A model generated the notes under the pieces. The model had not been told where the DNA came from. It saw only the letters and a list, made by a program, of their open reading frames with translations, and did no database searches. A stretch of 63,769 bases of DNA from Vitrella brassicaformis CCMP3155 (taxonomy: Eukaryota; Protista; Chromerida): NCBI GenBank assembly GCA_001179505.1, contig CDMY01000104.1, forward strand, positions 127,230 through 190,998, in the 5' to 3' direction. The position numbers and the translations under genes were made by a program. How positions within the stretch are numbered: position 1 is the first letter of the stretch; every line of letters begins with the position of its first letter. Positions 1-12,739 of this stretch are shown one piece after another.

Positions 1-760
1 GGGGCTGTGACGTGCCTGTTGTTTGGAGGGGAATTCGGGGTAGTGTGCCGGCATCGGGAAGTCCTTGTACTCTGTGGTGACGCGGCTGCTGATGATGTGC
101 ACATTGTCATATACCTGACGCGCACACACGCACACACCATCCTTACACACGTGTGTGTGTGTGTCATCATTGCGTTGCGGTACTGACCCCGTTCAGCCAG
201 TTGCCACCGATGTCCTCATTCCCGTCCACTATGTCGAAAGGAATCCCGCGCCGCACCAACGCGGCCGCACACCCGAGCCCACCCAAACCTGCACACACCA
301 CACACCACACACAGAGATCACCACAGACACCACAAATGGCGACATCCCTGCCCTGTGTGTGAGAGAGGTACCTGCTCCAACGACGAGTATCTTGTCCTCC
401 GTTTTCTCGACGCCGGCGGCCTTCTGCATCGCCGCCTTGTCTACACATGGCAGATCCACCAACAGACGCTCCGGGTGCAGCCACTGGCAGAACACATACC
501 TGCCACACACAACAAAACAGACAGCAACCGCAGATCTGATCTGATCATCTCGCTGTCTGTCTTCATGCCGTCTTCTGGCAGTACCATGCGACTCCCAGCA
601 CGAGGGCCAATGCCGTCACGGCCAGGAGGGCGACGTGCAGCAAAGATGACGAGAGGATGGAGGTCAGGAGAGGCACTGCGGCAAGCATGACGGGAGTTAT
701 CCAGCGGAGGATGCAGCCAAGGCAAGCTCCGAACGCAGCTCCGAGGCAACACAGGCCCAT
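1..760 (-). CDS. Flavin-containing monooxygenase (FMO) with N-terminal hydrophobic segments; multi-exon, 3' part lies beyond the window start
   Basis: Spliced translation: MGLCCLGAAF...LVLGVAW|YVFCQWLHP...KILVVGA|GLGGLGCAAALVRRGIPFDIVDGNEDIGGNWLNG|VYDNVHIISSRVTTEYKDFPMPAHYPEFPSKQQ. Shows the GxGxxG FAD motif, GGxW and the FMO-type 'S...EY.DFPMP..YP.FP' segment. Confidence 0.85.
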
Positions 761-775
761 CTAAACGGTCTCGGA

Positions 776-801
776 TTAGCTCGCAGATGGCTTGCGAGCT
801 T
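776..801. promoter_or_regulatory. Candidate bidirectional-promoter motif: two half-sites
   Basis: TTAGCTCGCA (776-785) and TGCGAGCTT (793-801), between divergent ATGs 760(-) and 960(+). Confidence 0.55.
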
Positions 802-959
802 GAGAAGGCGGTTTAGAGCACGGAAGTAAGCAACCCACGTCCTCTGTTTTCTGTTCTCTCGCAGACAGGACAATCAATCGTGATTGTCTCTGAAGCAATC
901 AACGACATCCAATGATTCCATGACATCCCCTCCTCTCTAGAGTACGCAGGGAGGATAGG

Positions 960-2461
960 ATGGACCGTCGCTCCCCGCCCCGTCGGCAAGGCAGCAAAGG
1001 CAGCAGCAGGGACGACACCCCGCCCCGGCGAGTCCACATAGACAGGCGGCCGGACGAGCCGCCGGCTCGGCGGCAGCATGACAGGGGGGACGGCGAGAGG
1101 CACAGAAGGGAAAGGTGGAAGAGCCGCAGCAGAAGCAGGGATAGAAGGTAGGGAAAAAGGGAGAAATGCATACAATGGAATGCATCCCATCAAGCGCACA
1201 AAGCACAAAGCATTAAGCACATCGCTCATCTGCTGTCTGTGTCTGTGTCTGTGTCTGTCAGTTCTCCGTCATCACGTCGGCGCGGCTCGTGGCCCCAGCC
1301 CCCTCCCCCGTCCCACCGGCCGACCCCCCGGGACCATCGTGACGGCCGTGATCTTCGCGACAATAGTGACATCCGGCGGGACGGCCCTCGGGATCGGGAG
1401 AGGGAGCGGGAGCGGGAGAGGGGCCATCGGGGGTTGTCCTTTTATGAGCAGGAGAGGCAGGACAGGGACAGGAAGCGCCGATCCAGAGAGAGGGAGAGGG
1501 AGAGGGAGAGGGACAGAGAGAGGGAGAGGGAGCGGGAGAGGGAGCGGGAGCGGGAGCATCTTCAGCATGAGAGGGGCCGGCGAGCGGACCGTTCTGACCA
1601 CCCCCACTCACACCCCCACCCGCCCCGCTCACGCACCCCGCCACCTCTGCCAAACGGCAAATCGCCCTCCGCGGCACACAGGTACGCACATAACATACGC
1701 ACGCACGTCTATCTTAGCATCCAATCCAAGTGTCCATTGTCTTGTCGGCCCGTTTGTCGACAGATCGGTGTATATGGCAGACAAGGGCGACCAGATCACC
1801 CCTGACGCCATCCAGCCAGAGGAGCAGGAACAGCCCCCCGAGCAGCGGCAGCAGCAGCAGCTCAACGGCACCGCCACTATGATTGACGAAGACGCCCAGG
1901 ACCAAGACCAAGAGATGGCCCATGAGCAGGATCAGCAGCACCCAGACCACGAGCAGATGCCGATCAACAACCAGGGAGAGCCACCAGCTGCCGCTTATGA
2001 GGAGCCCTCGGCCCCACCAGCAGCAGCAGCAGCAGCAGAGGAGGAGGAGGAGCAGCAACCTGACGACCATCACTCCACCTCCGCAGCCGCACCCACTGCC
2101 CCACACACAAGTTCAGATGGCCATCCGCCGCCCCAATCACCGCCACCACCACCACCAGCAGCAGCAGCAGCAGCACAACACCAGCACGATGGCCATGTGC
2201 AAGAGCAGCTGCCTCCTTTGCTGTCGAGTCCGAATGGTTCTGGTGGCGGCGGTGTGTCGACTGTTGTGGCTGAGGTGCACTACGGCGGCAAGATGCGTCG
2301 GGTGCGTCACAGTGTGGAGAAGACCCTCACGGAGCTCATGGCCCTGTACGTGCGGCCGCTGCTGGGGGCGGCCGGCAGGGACACACCTCTGAGGGCCATA
2401 CTGCTCTGCCGACCTGATGTGAGCACCCTCTCTCTCCTCCCTACTCACACACATAAGTCCA

Positions 2462-2497
<36 letters not shown>

Positions 2498-2618
2498 TGG
2501 TTAGGAGGAGCAGGCCGAGTACTTCCCTCTGAGTGCGCTGCAGTGGGAGGATCTGGGCGGTGGTCTGGGGCAGGGGGTGCGAGTGCGGTTCGAGCAAGAC
2601 CCTTGGGGCATCACCTGA
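960..2618 (+). CDS. Arg/Glu/Ser-rich (RS/RE-repeat) low-complexity protein with Gln/Glu/Pro-rich middle and a small globular C-terminal domain; about 4 exons
   Basis: ORFs 960-1151, 1239-1805 and 1078-2532 join in frame through GT-AG introns (about 1148-1261, 1682-1764, 2419-2504). Last exon reads EEQAEYFPLSALQWEDLGG...DPWGIT*. Confidence 0.65.
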
Positions 2619-4650
2619 CACAGCTCCGAAGAGACGTGCATGCGGTGGGTGGGGGCCTGCTGTGTGCTCGTGTAAACGGTGTGTTTGTCGGTCAGCGAGC
2701 CTGCATTTTTGTGTGGGTGAGAGGTTTTTTCGCCGTGAATGCGTCGACCTGCCATCCCGTCGTATGTACCGATTCTCTGCTTGAGTATCAGCGGTCGACG
2801 TCGGTCTCACGCGATGGCTTCATTCGCGTGACGGCAGCGTTTGCCGCTGGCGCGCTGGCAGAGAATCGATCGACACGACGGGGCGGGGGAGGGGAGGTTG
2901 AGGGAGTGAGGCTGATGTGTACAGCGAGACGATGCCAATCGGGGACGAATGGATTGATGGAAACATCGTTGTTTGTCGTGTCTGTCATGACGGAGGATGG
3001 AGCATACATGCACACACACGCGCACGCACACAGTGGATGGATGGATGGATGGGCGTGTCGAGATTGTTGATGAGTCCACCGGACACGTGTCTTCATTCAC
3101 GCACCACAAGACGCTCTCGCGTCACTTCGCATATCGTATCGTGTTCCCGCTCCCCACCACCACCCACCACCACCACCACCCCCTCACACACAACACGCAT
3201 TTGTAAGAATAAACCCAGCGATTGAGCTGCTCCACTGCAACACTACTCTCTCTCTCGCCCTCTTTCTCCCCAACTGTGTGTGTGTGGGTGTCTGTCTCAT
3301 TTTGTCAGTCTCTCTTGCGTGTAAGCCGTGCGTCCGTGTGTGGGTCTGATACACACGTACATTCACACCCACACGTACACGTGACTTCTGTCTGTGTTCA
3401 ATTGTGTTGCTCATCGCGACACACGCCTTTGATGCGACCGCAGAGCAATACCACGGAGAAAGTGAATGGCCACACACACACACATACACACACACATGCG
3501 TGGGTGTCTAATTTGCAAAAACAGCAGAGACCGTGTTCGACTGTGCGTCGGCAGATAAAGTCGTCATCGGGCTATGCGGGCGGTCGGGCGGGCGGGCGGG
3601 CAAAGCTGCGAGTGTAGGTGTCCCTATCTGTCGCCGCCGCAGCCAGCCAGCCTGCCAGCCAGCCTGGAGAGCGATGCCCTCCACTGGAAAAGGTGCGCCC
3701 TCACACACACACACACACACACATGCACACATGCACACACACGGACACTGCGACGGACAAAGCCACACAGCCGGTGGCAGGAAGGAGCATGAGAGAGAGA
3801 GATCGATTTAAATACACACACAGCATAGCATCTCGTTCCAATAATAAAGGCCACCCACCATTCATGACATGCCGTCCACCCACCCCACATACCCCACACA
3901 CCCACCCAGTTCCATCGGACAAATGTTATCGTTCCGTCAAAGGAGGGAGAGCGAGAGTGAGCCGCTGCAAACAGAGAGAGACAGAGAGAGAGAGAGACGC
4001 ACAGAGAGGGGGCGAGAGGTGCAGCGCTATGGATAAGAGGGACAGTTCGAGAGGGACAGCTCGAGAGGGAGAGAAAGAGAGATGCAGCCAGCGTTATGTT
4101 ACGTTGTTGGTCGGTCGTCTCACAGGCCCAACAGACAGACAAACGCGCAACAAACAAACATTCCTGCCCTTAACAGGCACGTCGCCCGCCGCCCACAGCT
4201 ATCTAGCTATCTATCTGTCTACCTACCCCACCTACTGCGTCAATCAGAAACGGGGAAAAACGATATATTGAGTAGCATCGCGCCCCTCAGCCCCTCCGGT
4301 CATTAGACAGCACCACAGGCAGACAGACAGACAGACAGACAGAGAGAGGGTCCGGGGCGTCATGTGTGTCGATAGATACGTGCCGACACATCCACCGTGA
4401 CCACCCACAGCAGCCTCTCGATCAGCGTCCGCCCGCCATGAGCCAACAGCACCCACACAGACATACAGACATACAGCCAGCTCAGTGAGCTCCCTCCCCC
4501 ACACACGCGCAGCACCGGACCGACCAGAAACACCACATAGCATCGCACCCAACAAATACATACAGGAACACGCCCACACACATGAACACATGCACACATG
4601 CACACATATACACATACACATCAGCTACACACAAAATGGCAATCTCTGTC

Positions 4651-7148
4651 CTACAAGCCGACCTCTCTCTTGACAGCCTCGTATTCCTCCTCGAAGCACC
4701 GCAGCAGCAGGTGCGGGTCCGCCAGCACCGCAGGGTCGCTCATGACGGCGATCTGCAGCGTGTCGTTGGCGGAGAGCACCGACACACCCACCCCCATGCC
4801 GTAGCGGAAGGGCACGTGGAAGAAGACGCTCTTGACGCCACACACGACGGGCGAGAGGAAGAGGGGGGCAAGCTGGGGAGGGCCCGCCACGTTCGATATG
4901 GCGCAGGACACCTACAGACACACACAACACGGGCAGAGAGAAAGAGAGAGACAAGTGTGTGTCTGGGGGGGTGTGGGTGGGNNNNNNNNNNNNNNNNNNN
5001 NNNNNNNNNNNNNNNNNNNNNNNNNNNNNNNNNNNNNNNNNNNNNNNNNNNNNNNNNNNNNNNNNNNNNNNNNNNNNNNNNNNNNNNNNNNNNNNNNNNN
5101 NNNNNNNNNNNNNNNNNNNNNNNNNNNNNNNNNNNNNNNNNNNNNNNNNNNNNNNNNNNNNNNNNNNNNNNNNNNNNNNNNNNNNNNNNNNNNNNNNNNN
5201 NNNNNNNNNNNNNNNNNNNNNNNNNNNNNNNNNNNNNNNNNNNNNNNNNNNNNNNNNNNNNNNNNNNNNNNNNNNNNNNNNGGGGTCACGTACGCATTCG
5301 AACAGCTCCCTGACAAAAAGTCCGCTCAGCCACGTGGGCATGGCAAACAGCACCCCCTCCACCACAAGCGTCACTCGCTCAACCATCGGCAGATACCCAA
5401 ACGCCCCCAGGTCCGCCGACCGCCCCAGCAAGGGCTGACGGTTGAAGAAGCGATGCAGCCGCACCGACACGGCCCTCGCCCGGTCGGCCGCAGAGTGGCC
5501 CGGACAGGTCGGGATGTTGAGCAGGTTGCAGGACCATTGGTTGCCGATGGTCGACGGGGGGCCGGTGCGCGTATTCTTGGGCATGCAGATGCCCAGCTTG
5601 CCCATCACCGTCGCATGAGGCGCGTGCCCGACGATGGCCACGGGTTTCTTCTCGTCGTCGGAGAGGGAGGGGCTGCAGCTGCAATCGCCATTATCGGCGT
5701 TGTCTGCCGGTTCTGCGGGTGTGGGTGGAGGAGTGGGTGGTGCGGGGGGTGGGAGGGTGATTGCGGGGGCGTATGTGGCGATGGTGTCTTCCTCGTGGAA
5801 TGTGATGGCGGGGGAGAGAGTTGACGAGGGGGTGGCTGTGGCTGTGGCGGGGAAGACCTCTTCTGGATCGGTGCGCACCTGACGACAGAAATTAAGAGAG
5901 ACAGAGAGATGGGAACGACGCGCCTCGGGCTGTGGGGTGTGTTTGTGTTGTGTGGCGGCTCACCGATGCGGTCTCGACCTCCATCCTCTCTCCCCTCCCG
6001 TCAGCAGCAGCGGCGGGTGCCATCGGCAGCGGCAGAGACACGAACTCCTTGGTTGCACCACTGTCCAGCCGCCAGCCTGACGTGCCGCGCTGCACCTTCT
6101 CCGCGTACCGCACATACGCCCCGCTCAGGCAGCTCACCATCAGGTCGTTCAGCGTCAGCTTGGCACCACGCTTCTTCTGCTTGCCCTTGCCGCCACCACC
6201 ACCACCACCAAGGAGCGTCTTGACTCTCTTGGCTTCGTTCAGGCTGATGGACAATGGCAGGGTGCAGGTCATGCGATGGTCGCGGGATCTCGCACTCCGT
6301 CTCGCGCCTGGCGTGTCGAAGGAGAGTTGCTTCTGGGCGTCGCAGAGGTAGTAGACCAGCGTGACCAATGGGGCCATCACATAGGTGGTGATGGTGTCAG
6401 CAAGCGTGGGTGTGGGGGAGGTGCCTGTGGGCTGGGGGGATGGGGCTGTGTACGAGGCTACTGCGGCCGATTGTGGGTCGAGCAGGGCTGGGAGGAGCAT
6501 CTGGAAAAGGGCGATGCCGTCAACGATCGAGTGGTGGAAGCGGAGCAGGACGACGGACGACGGCTTGACGCGGAGCTCGGCCTCATCGTGGTCCACAATC
6601 GTCACCCCCTCTAGCACCAACACCTGCCACGCCGGCCGGCCGCGGCCGAAAGGCGTCCCCGCCACCCTGTTGATCCAACCCTCCAGCTCCCTCTTCGTCA
6701 GCGCGCCATTCTCACCCTCGCCCCCATCCTCCTGAGCATCGCCGATCGGCACCTTGACCACATGGTGGTCCATGTCCATCGCGTCGGACTGCACCCACCC
6801 GAGCTTCCACAGCCGTCTTTGCACAGCGCAGTGCAGCCGCGGGTGCTTGAGCCGCCCGTACACATCGCACCCGAGCCACCGTCGCCCCACCATCTCCCTG
6901 AGCGACTCGGCCGTGAGGCTGCCGTCCGCCACAACTGTCGCATTGATCAGGAAGCGCTCGTCGGTGAGGAACTGGATCTCCTGCCCCGTCAGAGGCGTGA
7001 ACGGCTCGCGGGATCGGCGCAGCAGCAACGTCAGCATACGGAAGCAAAGGTCCGATATGGCTGTGATGGCGTAGTAGAGGGCGAGGAAGGGCAGGAGGAG
7101 GGCAGCGAGGAGGAGGGCTGCGGGGAGCTCCAAGATAATGGCCGCCAT
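4651..7148 (-). CDS. Wax ester synthase/diacylglycerol O-acyltransferase (WS/DGAT, WSD1-like); multi-exon, spans an N gap
   Basis: ORF 5892-7148 has LRFHHSIVDGIAL (HHxxxDG catalytic motif), GRPAWQ and LTLNDLMVSCLSGA. The terminal exon CAISNVAGP...GVSVLSANDTLQIAVMSDPAV matches the WS/DGAT C-terminal domain. Confidence 0.85.
4982..5281. other. Assembly gap (300 N)
   Basis: N run flanked by G-rich sequence. Confidence 1.
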
Positions 7149-7322
7149 CCTTTCCGTAGTCAGTCAGTCAGAAGGCGCCTCGCATCTGTCAGTCAGTCAG
7201 TCGCCCCACCTGCAAACACGCAACCAAACACACGATGCGAAAAGGTGCTCCTCCGTTGCACGAGTGCTGTGTGGACGTACCTCGTCGCAAACCAGCGCGG
7301 GAGAGAGCGCGCAACTCACAGA

Positions 7323-7334
7323 TGCGAGCTTAGC
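7323..7334. promoter_or_regulatory. Candidate promoter palindrome, partial
   Basis: TGCGAGCTTAGC between ATGs 7148(-) and 7539(+). Confidence 0.55.
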
Positions 7335-7538
7335 CGTTAGATTTGCCTGGTCGGGCTGGCGATTTGCAGTGCCCGGCAGACGTCCCGACAGCCGCACCGA
7401 CTCCCCTCTGTCTGCCTCGTAAGAAACGACGTCACTGGAAAGAGGCGAACTCTTGTGTGCAGATCTCTGTCGGTGTCGGGATCTTGTGGCTGCGGTTGTG
7501 TTTGTTCAGCTCACGAAGTGCTTTGCAGTTGAGTACAG

Positions 7539-8423
7539 ATGGCAACGCCACGGCAGCAACCCCTCTGCACCTTCTCCCAGGGCCTCCTCCTGCTCTTTGT
7601 CATTGCCCTTCTTACACTCAGCCACGCACAGCCGCTGACACTCAGCGAGACCCCCGAGGGCGACGCCCTCGCCCTCTTCTACGGCAAATCCTCTCTCGGC
7701 ATCGACGACGACCGATCTGACGACGTGGCCTCTTGGACAGTCAAGGCCGCCGAGGCCGACGACACACAGCAGGCGGCCACATCTGCAAATGCTGCCATTG
7801 GGTCGCTGCAGTTCGAGTCCATCAACTGGCACCCGCAGAAGGCCGACATCCACATGACGGTCCTGCCGTCGTGGAGCCAGTACGACCCTGAGGCTGGGTG
7901 CTTTGTGTACCGCGTCGAGGCGCTCGACGATCAAGGCGGGGTCATCAAGGAGTCCAACGTGGTGCGGTCGAGGGCGTGTTCGGGCGGCGATGGGACTATC
8001 GACGGTGCGCGGGCGCACGAGCTGCTGCTGACTGCTGCGGGGGAGGAGGACGACTATGTGCTGCCGATGGGAGGAGCCGATGATCTGGACGCCTATGGGT
8101 CTGATGATGCAGATCTGGAGGGTGGTAGTGATGTGACTGTGGCGCCAGAAAGCGCGTCGAGCAATAACAACGAGGCCTGGGTTGACGAGGAGCAGGTGCA
8201 GTCGCTCAGGAGGCGGTGGGAGGAGCACACAGAGGTGGAGGTGGTGGCCGAGAAGGAGAGGACCACGGCGCCGGCAGCGGAACACACTGAAGATGCTGAC
8301 AGTGACAGTGAGAGTGGTCAGGATGATGGTCATGAGAAGAAAGATACAAGAGACGCCAGCAGGAAGATCTTTCCCGACTGCAGCCCTGCGGAGCCTTTTT
8401 GTGGCAGAGTGCGAGTGCTGTAG
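7539..8423 (+). CDS. Intronless secreted acidic protein of unknown function (294 aa)
   Basis: Single ORF with strong coding-like codon usage, a hydrophobic signal peptide (GLLLLFVIALLTLSHA-Q) and a D/E-rich C-terminal half. Confidence 0.75.
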   Translation: MATPRQQPLCTFSQGLLLLFVIALLTLSHAQPLTLSETPEGDALALFYGKSSLGIDDDRSDDVASWTVKAAEADDTQQAATSANAAIGSLQFESINWHPQKADIHMTVLPSWSQYDPEAGCFVYRVEALDDQGGVIKESNVVRSRACSGGDGTIDGARAHELLLTAAGEEDDYVLPMGGADDLDAYGSDDADLEGGSDVTVAPESASSNNNEAWVDEEQVQSLRRRWEEHTEVEVVAEKERTTAPAAEHTEDADSDSESGQDDGHEKKDTRDASRKIFPDCSPAEPFCGRVRVL

Positions 8424-9482
8424 GGCCGATAGGTGAGGTGGATCGGCGGCCTTTTTCCGCCCCCTCTCTGCTCGATAGATACTTGTTCTCGTCTGTCTGT
8501 CTGTTGGTTGGTTGGAAGTGTGTGTCTCTGTGTGTGGTGTGGGTCTGTAACTAAACTAGGTGTCTGCAGAGAGAGACGGGAGTGGAGTGCGCTCTGTGCT
8601 GCTGGGGCGGACAGACAGAACAGACAGCCATATTTGTGAGGTGTAATTGACTGATGGTGTAATTGACAAGAAAGTGGTGCTGGTTGTGATTTAAACAGAC
8701 GTGCTTGACGTGACGTGATGGAATGGAATGGAATGGACGCAATGGATGCGAAGAAAGCTGTGCAGATGAGTGGCGTGATTGGTTGGTTGGTTGCACAGGA
8801 TTGGTGTGCACATCATGGCCTCATGGTGAGTGTGTGTGTGCGCGTGTGTGTGGTTGTTATGTGGTTGTGTGCCCTGTTCTGTAGTGTGTGTGGAGAGAGA
8901 GAGATGTCTTTCGTTTGTACCGCGTATATGTATATAATATGTGTGTGTGTGTGAGATAGTCACGTGTGTGTGGATAAATGCCTGTGTGTGTGTGTGTGGA
9001 GAGAGAGTCTCTAGGTGCCCTCATCTCATTTGTGTTGGTGTCCTTCCTTGCTGCCTGTTTGTTTGTATGCCCCAAAGAGAGTGAGTGACTGCAATCAATT
9101 AGGACCTTTATCGTAATGATGATATGAATGAAGGTGTGACGGACGGATCAACACTTCCTTATCCATCTGTCCATCCAGCCACCCACTACGCGACGCAGCT
9201 TCCGTCACTCTCACCGTCAGTCGACTCGACTCAAGCAACCAGTGACCAACAAACAAACAAAACCGCCGCCCAGCACGCAGCACGAGCAAACTTACAAACC
9301 AAGACATATTCACAGTGTCCCCCCCTCTCCCTCCCGCTCCCCTCCCCATCACAAAAGGCAGCACAGCAGCCAGGCCAGCCACCTGAGCAAAGCTGACTCG
9401 ACTCAGCAGAGGAGAGGATAATCCATTCATCCAGCGCATAGGGCATTATTGGCCCTCTCTCTGTCTGTCTCTGTTGTGACAG

Positions 9483-12400
9483 TCAATCGTTGGTGTGCTG
9501 TCTGCACCGTGCGCCAAGGCCAAAATGCGCCCCTATGGCGCCCTTGCCCTGCAGCCTGGCACCACACAGGTAGCAGAAGTTGGCGCGACACGCCCAGCAG
9601 CTGCACACACACACACACGCACACACAGAGAGAGAGAGAGAGAGACTGATGGTCATGTGCGGGTCTGTTCTCTTTGTTGTGTACACACATGATATGGTTG
9701 TTGGCTCCTTGTTTCTGGTTGCGCGAGTGACACTGCGGGCACTGGCGTATCCTCAGCATCATACCGGCGGCCCTGTGGCCCCGCCGAGGTCGTCGTGGCG
9801 CCCGCAGTCTCCCCTCCGGGCGGCCGTCGCCGTCGCCGTCGCCGTCGCCGTCATCCTCATCGTCATCGTCGTCCATCAGCTCCCAATCCTGCGCCCACAC
9901 ACAGACAACGGTGTGGTGCATTGTGCGGGTGCGTTGTGGGTGAGGTGGGTGAATGCATTGGCTAGACCTCATCGTCGTCATCTTCATCGTCGTCGTCGTC
10001 TTCGAATTGGGGGTGCCGACGGACGACGGGGCGGCCAAGGGGACCACTGACACATACCATCCATCCATCCATGTCTGTGTGTCTGTCTGTCTGTCTGTGT
10101 GTCTGTCTGTTTGTGTACCGTGGGTGGTTGAGGCCTCTCATCATTCTGTTCCACCTCTCAATCTCCTCCATGTCAAAGAGGTTGCAGTTGGGATTGTTGG
10201 CGAAGTGCTCGTACCTGCGCACACACATCACATGGAGAAGCGAATATATGAACGACTCACCTCACCAACCACGCAGGCAGGGCACAGCAGATATCTAATG
10301 CGTGTCTGCCTGGATGTGTGGATGTCTACCCGCTGATTGGCTGGAGGCACTTCCAGCAGAAGTTGGTGTAGCACTGCTCGCACTTCTGATGCATGTCACA
10401 CACGCGCGCGCGCGTGACATATTGGCCTCGTGTATGTGTGTGTGTGTGTGTGTGTGTGAGTAGGCTGACCATCTTGTTGCACCCCTCCGTCTTGTAAATG
10501 GCCATACCGCACGTCGGGCACTGAATGAACACACACACACACAGGGTCGCATATTCATCCGTTTCTCCCTCCCTCCCTCCCTCCCTCCGTCTCTCTCACC
10601 TGTCTGGCCTCCCTCTTAATGGTCTTGAGGCTCTCGGCCTCTTGCTTTAAGTTCTGCTCACGACGAAGTACCTCCTCGCCATACGCCTACACACACACAC
10701 ACACACACACACATGGCAGATGGGTGGACGCACGAGCAGGCCTTTTTCTGGCAGTAAGCCAGACCTTGTCGCCCTTAGATCTGGCTTCGAGGACTTCGAG
10801 GAGCTGCTCGGGGTCCAGACAAGCAGTGCCGGGGTGCCATTCGGCCCGGCAGATGCCGCAAAAGGCGAACTGACCGCCAGACACACCACACGGAGAGAAC
10901 GACCCGTGGCCACTGGCTCACATGATGCAAACAGGCATGCTCTCTCTTACGTGGCACTTGGGGCATCGCGCAAGGTGATCTGCGTCCTCCAGCACCGCCT
11001 GATGCAATGCACCCACCTCACATCAGTCGGTCAGTCACGCCCCTTCCCTCCCTCTCCCTCCCTCCCTCCCTCACCCACATACCTACCGTGTTTTCGTTCC
11101 TGTGCGCTTCGCATCTCGGGCAGTAGACCAGGTCGCCCATGCCATCCAATGCCTTCTGCAGCGACAGCCGCTGCCACCTCTCATACTCGTCTTCATCCAG
11201 CAGGCGATGCAGCACCTCGGGGTCAATCGAACGGCCGCACGACGGCTCCGGGCAGCGCAGCAGATTTATGGCACCGTCCTGCAGTGCAGCACACACAGAG
11301 ATTGTGTGGGTGTGGGTGTGGGTGTGGGTGTGGGGCAGGGAGGGAGGGAGGGAGGGGGTGTGCTGACTTTGACGTGTGTCTTGACGAGGCCTGCGAGGCA
11401 CTGAGTGCAGTAGGCGTGTCGGCAGCCGGGCAGTCGGTCCATCCTCTCGCCAAGCATCACGTCAAAGCATATCTGATGGATGGATGGATGGATGGTCGAC
11501 ACTCTACGCCATGCCGCTCCGCGTGTATGCATGCATACCCACCATACCATGCAGGTGTGTTTGGTGGAACGGTACTCCACGTCTTCTCGAGAGGCGTCGT
11601 ATCGCAGCAGCTCCTCCACACACACGCCCACGTCTGCGCACTCCTGCATCGCCCGGGGGTCGCCTGTGGTGTGGCCGTCGCCACCCTCCTCCCTTAACGG
11701 AGCGATGACAATCAGCCGCCCCATCGATAAATAGCCCATCGAATCTGTGGACAAAAAACTGACCACCACACCACACCGCACCGATCGATCCATCTCTCAT
11801 TCATTCTCATGACGCACCCACTCACTTTGCCCAAGTGAAGACGATCGGGCTCCCAGGCCCCTCCTCCTCCCACAGCTGGTCCAGCCGTCTGCACAGCCTG
11901 CCGACGGCCCCCTTGTCGATCCACATGGCCGACAAAGTGAAGAAGGGCGACCTCCTCGAGGGGTATGCGGGCGGCATGACGATGTGCAGGGAGAGGGGCG
12001 GGAGGAAACGGACGCGGCCGATGGGGACGTCCTGCTGCTCTATCCTGAGCCGGTCGGGGTGGTCCTCATCTCCTGCGTAATTGGGGTGGTGCTGGGCGGA
12101 GGGTTCCTCGAACCGAGCGATGACGTCGATCGCCTCGTCGGATGGGGCGTCGGCCGACGATGGCGCGTCGGGGAAGGTCACCTGCACAGGCAGACAGGCG
12201 AGTACATGGCGGGATGTGTGTGTGGGGGTGTCTGTGTGTCTGTGTCTGTGGCGGCCGCTCACTTCCACGTCTAGCTGGAAGACTCTAGGGCTCTTGTCAG
12301 TAGATATGGCTGCAGACACATGACGCACACAGACAACAGACAGACACCAGGCACCGTCGAGTGAGCGTGGAGATAGATGAGTAGACAAGACAATGACGCC

Positions 12401-12658
12401 CACCCAATCCAATCCACCTTTAAAAGCCTCCATGTAGATGCTTTCCAGTGCCATAATCTCATCCTCCTGCGCCCTCTCGTTGGCCTCGCGCTCACCCTCG
12501 TCAAGCACGATGTCCTCTCGCTCCTCATTCTGCAGCTCATCTGATGGCGGTGGCTCATCGGTGACAGGTATTGGCTCATCTGTCTTCTTGTCCTTGTGAG
12601 AGTCCTGCGGCAATGCTGTCTTGCTCTTGGGCACCCACACAGTTTGCCTTTTGGCCAT
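9483..12658 (-). CDS. RWD-domain RBR (RING-IBR-RING) E3 ubiquitin ligase, RNF14/Itt1-like; many exons
   Basis: EDEIMALESIY and LPPLSLHIVMPPAYPSRRSPFFTL (RWD). RING1 CFD...CRHAYCTQCL...CPEPSC. IBR YCPRC...FAFCGICRAEWH. RING2 CPTCGMAIYKTEGCNKM...CEQCYTNFCWKC. Extra C-terminal CPQC..NNHIMC..CRANFCYLC. Confidence 0.9.
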
Positions 12659-12704
12659 CTCCTCCTCCTCCCTCCGAGAGAGCGGTTTTACGGAAAGTCC
12701 CTCC

Positions 12705-12719
12705 GCGAGCTTAGCGTGC
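12705..12719. promoter_or_regulatory. Candidate promoter palindrome, 13/15 match
   Basis: GCGAGCTTAGCGTGC in the spacer of about 80 bp between ATGs 12658(-) and 12740(+). Confidence 0.6.
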
Positions 12720-12739
12720 AAAGAAGGGGGAAGGGAAAG

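Noticed and set aside
1430-1560. (GAGAGG)n/(GAGCGG)n tandem array
   Set aside because: Coding low-complexity RE repeat of the 960-2618 gene, not a CRISPR or separate repeat element.
2620-4650. Many 60-200 aa ORFs on both strands, e.g. ...VLLAHGGRTLIERLLWVVTVDV...
   Set aside because: Dominated by (CA)n/(GA)n-derived HTHT/CVCV/RERE translations. No consistent spliced gene could be built; probably convergent 3' UTRs or intergenic DNA.
4625-5878. Long ORFs running through N gaps (417 aa, 330 aa and similar near 27.2-29.3 kb and 59.5-60.7 kb)
   Set aside because: Artefacts of N translation; only the flanking exon parts are real.
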